From assembly GCA_034670305.1 (NCBI GenBank), contig JAXMNT010000002.1:192001-256000 (forward strand): a DNA stretch of 64,000 nucleotides. The letters run 5' to 3'. Source of the DNA: Deltaproteobacteria bacterium (lineage in GTDB: Bacteria > Myxococcota_A > Polyangia > Polyangiales > Houyiibacteriaceae). The notes under the pieces were generated by a model. It saw nothing but the letters and a program-made list of their open reading frames with translations. It was not told the DNA's origin and made no database searches. This document shows positions 58,392 through 64,000 of the stretch, one piece after another (positions within the stretch are counted from its first letter, which is position 1; each line of letters starts with the position of its first letter). The translations under genes were made by a program, and so were the position numbers.

Positions 58392-59918
58392 GTGTCGAAA
58401 CTCGATCCGCGGGACGAAGTGCGTGAGCGCATGGCCGATGAGATCGGGACCATCGTCAAAGACGCGCCCGAGTCCATCTGCATGCTCTACCCGAGCCCGT
58501 ACCGGGTGGGCATGAGTTCGCTCGGCATGCAGACCCTCTACCGCACCATCAACAACATGCCGTCGCGGGCCGCACACCGGGCGTTCTTGCCCGACGACGT
58601 GGACGCGTTCCGCGAGAGCCGCATCCCGCTCTTCACCTACGAAGGCCAGCGACCCGTCGCGGACTATCCGATCGTCGGGCTCAGCGTCGCGTACGAGCTC
58701 GAGATCGCGGGGCTGATCCAGGCGCTCGAACTCGCCGGGATCCCGCCGCTTCGAGAAGACCGAGACGCGGGTCACCCATTCATTCTCGCGGGCGGTCCGT
58801 TGACCTTCAGCAACCCCCTCCCCCTCGGCCCCTACGTGGACGCGGTGCTCATGGGAGAAGCCGACGAGACGATGCCGCAGGCGATCGACATCCTCTTCGA
58901 GGTGCGTTCGGTCGATGCCGCTCGATCCGCGATCGCGCGCGAGATCCCGAGCGCCTACGTGCCGAGTCTGCATGGCGACACGATGCCGCCGATCGCGGCG
59001 TGCGCGGACGAACTCTTGCCCGCCTACTCGCAGATCATGACCCCGCACACCGAGTTGCGGGACATGTTCCTCATCGAGCCAGAACGTGGGTGTCACCGCG
59101 GCTGCACGTACTGCGTGATGCGACGTTCGACGAACGGTGGCATGCGGCTCGTCGAGCCCGAGCGCATCCTCTCGCTGATTCCGGACGAGGCCAAACGCGT
59201 GGGCCTCGTCGGCGCTGCGACCACCGACCATCCGCGCATCGCGGAGATCGTGGAGTCCATCGTTGACACCGGCCGCGAGGTCGGCCTCTCGTCTTTGCGC
59301 GCCGGCCGGCTCGACGACCGGTTCATGGCGGCGCTCAAACGCGGCGGCCACCGGGTGCTCACCACGGCCGCAGATGGCGCCTCGCAGCGGCTGCGCGACA
59401 AGATCCAGCGCAAGGCCCGCACCGAGGTGCTGGTCCGCGCGGCGGAGCTGTCGCGCAAACACGGCATGAAGCGCATGAAGCTCTACATGATGGTCGGGCT
59501 TCCCACCGAGACCGACGACGACATCGACGAGCTGATCGATCTCTCGACCAGCCTCTCCAAGATCATCCCGCTCTCGCTTGGCATCTCCCCGTTCTGCGCG
59601 AAACGAAACACCCCGATGGACGGCACCGAGTTCGCAGGCATCCGCGTGGTGGAGAACCGCCTCGCGCGACTCCGGAAGGGCGTGCGGGGACGGGTCGACC
59701 TCCGCGCGACCAGCGCGCGCTGGACCTGGATCGAATACGTGCTGGCTCAGGGCGGACAGGCGGAAGGCCGAGCGGTGATGGACGCGGTCCACGCGGGCGG
59801 CCGGTTCCGCGATTGGAAGAACGCGTTCGACGCCCTGCCTGAGGATCGACCGAAGCGCACCCTGGTCATTCCTGGCAACCGCCTCTCCAAACGGCAGCTC
59901 CCGGTCACCTCGGCCTGA
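58392..59918 (+). CDS. Radical SAM protein with B12-binding-like N-terminal domain
   Basis: Y.VGMSSLG, AGGP, IEPERGCHRGCTYC (CxxxCxxC), SSLR, YMMVGLPTE. Confidence 0.88.
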   Translation: MSKLDPRDEVRERMADEIGTIVKDAPESICMLYPSPYRVGMSSLGMQTLYRTINNMPSRAAHRAFLPDDVDAFRESRIPLFTYEGQRPVADYPIVGLSVAYELEIAGLIQALELAGIPPLREDRDAGHPFILAGGPLTFSNPLPLGPYVDAVLMGEADETMPQAIDILFEVRSVDAARSAIAREIPSAYVPSLHGDTMPPIAACADELLPAYSQIMTPHTELRDMFLIEPERGCHRGCTYCVMRRSTNGGMRLVEPERILSLIPDEAKRVGLVGAATTDHPRIAEIVESIVDTGREVGLSSLRAGRLDDRFMAALKRGGHRVLTTAADGASQRLRDKIQRKARTEVLVRAAELSRKHGMKRMKLYMMVGLPTETDDDIDELIDLSTSLSKIIPLSLGISPFCAKRNTPMDGTEFAGIRVVENRLARLRKGVRGRVDLRATSARWTWIEYVLAQGGQAEGRAVMDAVHAGGRFRDWKNAFDALPEDRPKRTLVIPGNRLSKRQLPVTSA

Positions 59919-59943
59919 CGCTCGGCCTGACGCTCCGCCCGGC

Positions 59944-60816
59944 TCAGCCGGTCGCTTCGGGGTGCACCACGACGTCGACGACGCCGGGGAACTCGCTGCG
60001 AATCGCTTCGCTCGCGCGGCGCACCACGACGCCCACGTCGAGCAGACTCAGGTGCGCCGGCAGCTTCAACCGCAGGTCCATGAAGATGGCGCCGGGCGTG
60101 CCGCGCGTGCGGACCCGCTCCACGCCGACGACCGGCGGGATGGAGAACACCACGCGCTCCACGTCCCGCTCTGCGACCAGCGCCACGTCGGTGAGGTAGC
60201 CGGCATTCTCGCGGATCACGTCGACTCCGGCCTTGCCGATGAAGACCGCAACCACCACCGCGGCCGCCAGGTCGAGGCCGGGCTGCCCAAGATGCGTCAG
60301 CGCCGTGGCCGCGAGCACCCCGAGGGTGACGTAGCAGTCGGAGCGCGTGTGTTTCGCATCCGTGGCGAGCAGGTGGCTGCCGAGTTCTTGGGCGCGACGC
60401 GCCTGGTAGCTCGAGATCCCGAAGTTGATGGCGAGGGTGATGAGCAGGACCACGATCGCCGCCGGTCCGACATCAGGCAGCGACGCCCTTCCCTCCTCGA
60501 GCCGCACGACCGCCTCGCCCACGACCTGCGCGGCGACGAGCAGGAGCGAGACACCGATGCAGAGCGCCGCGACGACTTCGTACTTGCGGTGCCCGTAGGG
60601 ATGGGTCGTGCTCGGCGGACGGCGCGCGATCGCGAGCCCGACGATCGCCACGAACGAACCGAGTCCATCGGTCAGGCTGTGGTAGCCGTCCGCTTCGATG
60701 GCGAGCAATCCGCCGGAGCGGCCGTAGAGAATCTTCGCCGCGGCCACCACCAGGTTCAGACCGAGCGCGATCCACAGCACCCGGCGCACCCCATCGTCTC
60801 GTTGTTCCGATCCCAT
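59944..60816 (-). CDS. Cation diffusion facilitator (CDF) transporter
   Basis: ADGYHSLTD, HPYGHRKYE, DAKHTRSD, VVVHPE; ATG overlaps upstream stop (TGATG). Confidence 0.92.
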   Translation of the reverse strand: MGSEQRDDGVRRVLWIALGLNLVVAAAKILYGRSGGLLAIEADGYHSLTDGLGSFVAIVGLAIARRPPSTTHPYGHRKYEVVAALCIGVSLLLVAAQVVGEAVVRLEEGRASLPDVGPAAIVVLLITLAINFGISSYQARRAQELGSHLLATDAKHTRSDCYVTLGVLAATALTHLGQPGLDLAAAVVVAVFIGKAGVDVIRENAGYLTDVALVAERDVERVVFSIPPVVGVERVRTRGTPGAIFMDLRLKLPAHLSLLDVGVVVRRASEAIRSEFPGVVDVVVHPEATG

Positions 60817-62144
60817 CACACCACCCCCATGCTTCGCGACTGCGTCGCCACCGGCGCGCTCGTCGAGAGCACCGAACCCTTGGAAGACAACTTCGAGGTC
60901 GCGGAAAACGCGCTTGCCAGCACCGGCAGGCGGCGACGCGAGACCGTCGGGACGGCGGTGCGAAGACGCTGGAGTCTCTGGCCGAGCACCACCAACGAGA
61001 CCGCCGGCGCCAGCACCCACATCACCTCGGACGCTCCCGGCACAAGCCGCAACGTGGGCGCACCCGCGAAGAGGTAGAACACGTTGAACGCAACGAACGA
61101 CGCCAGCGCGAGCATCGTGGCGCGCACTCGGGTGAACGGCGCAGTGCCCACGATTCTCCACCCAGACTCGACCGCCAAGAAACACAGAAACGACACGCCG
61201 CCGCAGACGACGAGCGTTGCAGCGGCGGCGAACACGGCAGGCACCGAGGGTGCGAAGAAGAACCCGGCGCCAAACCAGGTCTCGTAGGTCGCCGGTTGCG
61301 CGGTCCACGCTCCGTCGAAGTACGCCGACCAGCTGCCCCCGCGAAGCAAGTAGTAGAGGTAGAACCCGAAGACGACGCCCGGGAACGCATAGACCACCGC
61401 TCGGCGACTCGAGTCGGTCCGGGTCTTCTTCGATGCCCGGGGCTGATCGATGTCGGGGCAACTGGAGGCGCAACCGGTACACCGCCCGCACTGCGAGTTG
61501 TCGTCCGACGCGGCTGGACGAACCGGCGCGCCGCCGTCCGTGTAGATGCGTTCGACCACGCCGACCGGGCACACGTAGTGGCAGAACGCGCGCCCGCCGA
61601 ACCGGCGGTTGACCACGTAGGCAGCGAGCGGCAACGCGCACAGGAAGGCGCCCAGCGCGAGCCCGTCCCCGTTGGTGGCGACAAGGCGACCCGTCAGCAC
61701 GATCAGCAGAACGACCATCGGGACCCAGAACATCCGGAGGCGCCATGCTGGACTCACGCGGGCAGACCTCGGGGCCGCGGATGCCCCGAGGGCGCCGGCG
61801 GCACCGATTGGACAGACCCGTCGCCACGCATGGAACCCGAACCAGACGAAGCCGATCGGCACCAGCGGGACCACGAGGGTCCAGAACGCCCGCGGCGCGA
61901 GCTGCACGCCGGAAAGACACAGGACGACCAGCGCCGCGAACCCGGCGGCGAGCACACCCCTGGTGCGTCGAACCGCCACGGAATCGGCGCTCGCGTTCCC
62001 GCGCGCGGCGGCATGTTGTTGTCTCATCGTACGCACCCGTGCCTCCTTGCGGAGGTCGAATGGAACCTCCGCGCCAGCGCCGCCGATGGCCCGCACCACA
62101 CCTGTCCGGCCTCTGGTCGGAGGCTCGGGCGGGCGCGGGGTCAT
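60816..62144 (-). CDS. 4Fe-4S-binding polytopic membrane protein
   Basis: WRRVCPIG, FCHYVCPVG, CxxCxxCxxxCP ferredoxin motif; multiple TMs; start uncertain. Confidence 0.75.
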   Translation of the reverse strand: MTPRPPEPPTRGRTGVVRAIGGAGAEVPFDLRKEARVRTMRQQHAAARGNASADSVAVRRTRGVLAAGFAALVVLCLSGVQLAPRAFWTLVVPLVPIGFVWFGFHAWRRVCPIGAAGALGASAAPRSARVSPAWRLRMFWVPMVVLLIVLTGRLVATNGDGLALGAFLCALPLAAYVVNRRFGGRAFCHYVCPVGVVERIYTDGGAPVRPAASDDNSQCGRCTGCASSCPDIDQPRASKKTRTDSSRRAVVYAFPGVVFGFYLYYLLRGGSWSAYFDGAWTAQPATYETWFGAGFFFAPSVPAVFAAAATLVVCGGVSFLCFLAVESGWRIVGTAPFTRVRATMLALASFVAFNVFYLFAGAPTLRLVPGASEVMWVLAPAVSLVVLGQRLQRLRTAVPTVSRRRLPVLASAFSATSKLSSKGSVLSTSAPVATQSRSMGVV

Positions 62145-62507
62145 GCCGCGTCGAAGGTTCGACGCACCGGTCGCGCTTTCGATCTGTTCTGAGCGAACAC
62201 GTGCCCGCTCATGTTTCCGTCCCACCTCCGACACCGACGCGAGGGCGGTGTTCCGGAGGAGCGTTCGTTACGGAACCCCCAGCGCCCGACTTCTTGGACG
62301 CATCCACAAAGAGCACAGGACGTGCCGAGCACAAATCCCGAGGAACCCCCACCAGTGCAGTCGGGCTGTGGGTCGTGGAAGACGGCGAGCGTGGCAGTGG
62401 TGCCACGTCATTCGAACGTAGAAGCCGACCGACTTGAACTCAGACGCGGATGCCGACGCGCAGGGTGCAGAGATGCCGACTCGGGTCCCGATGCCGACGA
62501 CGGCGCT

Positions 62508-62813
62508 CTAGCTGGGGAGGCTCGCGAGGTGTTCACCGACCGAGCGGGCGTAGGTCAGGCCGAGCGAGAGAGGAAAGTGCGCCAAGCCGTCCGCGCGCAG
62601 ACGCGGGGCATGGTCGCGCTCGTAGGCGTCGAACACCTCTCGGCTGGGGAAGAGGTAGCGCGATTCGGCGTGAAGGGGCCCGAAGCGCACGAGCTCGGCG
62701 CGCACAGCACCCGCGTCGAGCAAGTCCGCGTAGTGCGCGTCGATCATCCAGGCGCACCATTGGTCGCACACCGCCTCGTCGGTGAACGTGCACGCAACCG
62801 TGTAGGCGATCAC
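62508..62813 (-). CDS. DUF4286-like small protein
   Basis: YTV...W..WM...H...Y...HAPRLRADG..HF pattern. Confidence 0.65.
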   Translation of the reverse strand: MIAYTVACTFTDEAVCDQWCAWMIDAHYADLLDAGAVRAELVRFGPLHAESRYLFPSREVFDAYERDHAPRLRADGLAHFPLSLGLTYARSVGEHLASLPS

Positions 62814-62821
62814 GATCACGA

Positions 62822-63304
62822 TCAACAGCCCGAGACGGACACGGTGCCTTCGCCGTTTCCGAAACTCATGATCGGCGGGTCGAGCGGGTCGTCGGGTTGT
62901 TCCTCTGCTTGCCAGCCGAGGATCACCGTCGCGCTGTCCGAACCGCACAGACGCGTGCGCGATGCGGGTGGGAGATCGGTCGTGCCCCGGAAGGTGACCG
63001 TGACGGATTCGCCGGGTTCGAGTCGCCCACGAAACTCCGCTGGGCGCTCCAGGTTCACGTCCACGACCGGTTCGCCGCCCGAGAACAGAGAGGCGCGCGG
63101 CACGATGAAGCTGTCGCCGCCAAGGGCGTGTTCACCCACCCGCAGCTCGGCGCGGACTTCGATCGTGACCGTCGTGGCGTCTGCCGTCGCGGCCCCACCC
63201 TCCACGGTCAGCACGAGACCAAGGGCGGTGTCGATGCATCCGCCCACCAACGCGCCCAGCAAGAGGCCCACGGCCACGGCCTGGTTGCGGATGCGGGTGC
63301 GCAT
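62822..63304 (-). CDS. Hypothetical lipoprotein
   Basis: MRTRIRN + hydrophobic stretch + VGGC lipobox; coupled to upstream gene. Confidence 0.65.
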   Translation of the reverse strand: MRTRIRNQAVAVGLLLGALVGGCIDTALGLVLTVEGGAATADATTVTIEVRAELRVGEHALGGDSFIVPRASLFSGGEPVVDVNLERPAEFRGRLEPGESVTVTFRGTTDLPPASRTRLCGSDSATVILGWQAEEQPDDPLDPPIMSFGNGEGTVSVSGC

Positions 63305-63861
63305 CAGGCCTTCTTTGCGCGCGCCAAGAGCGACTTCCGAATGTGGTCCGCGCCCTTGATCTCGCGCGCCACGTCGTCTTCGTCGATCTCGAGCTTCGTC
63401 ACCAGCGTCACGTGCACCGTGTCGTAGAGCCACTTCGAATCGTCGACGTCCGTCACGCATTCCTTCGGCTCGTGCCCCTGATGGTTCATCGCCGGGAGCG
63501 ACGTCACAACCGCCTCGAGCAGCGAGATGCCCTCGCCGAGGAACGCCCGGGCCACTTGGAGCTCCTCTTCCAGGTTGGGGAAGAACTCAGCCGTATGCGC
63601 CCCCATGGGTTCCGGGGATCGCTTGACCGCATCCTCGAGCGTCAGCCGGAGCACGATGACCGACCCGACGTGCTGCAGCACACCGCGCACACCAGGGATC
63701 GCCGTCTCCATAGAAATGACGTGCAGGAGCGCGCCAGCTAGCGCGATGCGGCTCTCGTCGTCGACCTCAGGGTCTTCCACGATGCGCAACGCCGATTTCA
63801 GATCTCGGGGAAGACCGATCACGGCCTCACCCATCAACTCCACGAACCGCTCCCGAGACAT
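63304..63861 (-). CDS. Hypothetical protein (weak DUF1232/YkvA-like resemblance)
   Basis: ATG 63861 after an AG-rich RBS-like stretch; LAGALLHVIS...IPG segment. Confidence 0.55.
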   Translation of the reverse strand: MSRERFVELMGEAVIGLPRDLKSALRIVEDPEVDDESRIALAGALLHVISMETAIPGVRGVLQHVGSVIVLRLTLEDAVKRSPEPMGAHTAEFFPNLEEELQVARAFLGEGISLLEAVVTSLPAMNHQGHEPKECVTDVDDSKWLYDTVHVTLVTKLEIDEDDVAREIKGADHIRKSLLARAKKA

Positions 63862-63928
63862 TCCTTCTCTCGCTGTTGAGTGGGCGAGGGCTTGTTCGCG
63901 TGAACCGCGTTGGCCCGACCCCACCGAG

Positions 63929-63956
63929 AGCATACGGGCTTGGCCCCCCCCTTCAA
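63929..63956 (-). promoter_or_regulatory. Putative sigma70 promoter with G8 run
   Basis: TTGAAG-16 nt-TATGCT on the minus strand. Confidence 0.4.
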
Positions 63957-64000
63957 AGGGTTTCCAGCGATTCGTCCGCTGTCGGTGCCCCAATGAGAAA

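Noticed and set aside
59909-59935. 12-bp tandem duplication CTCGGCCTGACG at the radical SAM stop
   Set aside because: Only two adjacent copies with nothing between them; most simply a local slippage event.
59944-61920. 658-aa ORF as an extended CDF or frameshift fusion
   Set aside because: The CDF begins at ATG 60816; the upstream portion is an alternate frame of the Fe-S protein gene, and no slippery site is needed.

Overview
High-GC chromosomal core-genome segment, most likely from a myxobacterium (Myxococcota, Polyangiales-like). This assignment is inferred from TIGR02266-type PilZ proteins, a MYXO-CTERM-like C-terminus, an FHA-sigma54 activator and an AUC-start infC. Contents: tRNA-Val-thrS-infC-rpmI-rplT-pheS-pheT; rplM-rpsI-argC; plsB; a rearranged rpoN/hpf plus regulatory-PTS cluster (rapZ, ptsH, ptsI, ptsN, hprK); a TPR-dynamin; a diguanylate cyclase and three PilZ proteins; envelope glycosylation genes; a degenerate GlgA; tsaB, miaE, lepB. 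I saw no transposase, integrase, phage gene or CRISPR array. The main unexplained structure is a dispersed family of about ten composite hexamer-repeat tracts (about 2.3 kb in total) sharing a sequence grammar and often a polarity, (NTCGGC)n then (GGGCAM)n. They lie between genes, occur in frame inside genes, and bracket a two-gene cassette as an inverted pair. A second, 21-bp repeat family occurs once between genes and once inserted in frame in miaE. Gene calls come from motif recognition by eye, and several start codons were re-assigned from the ORF track.
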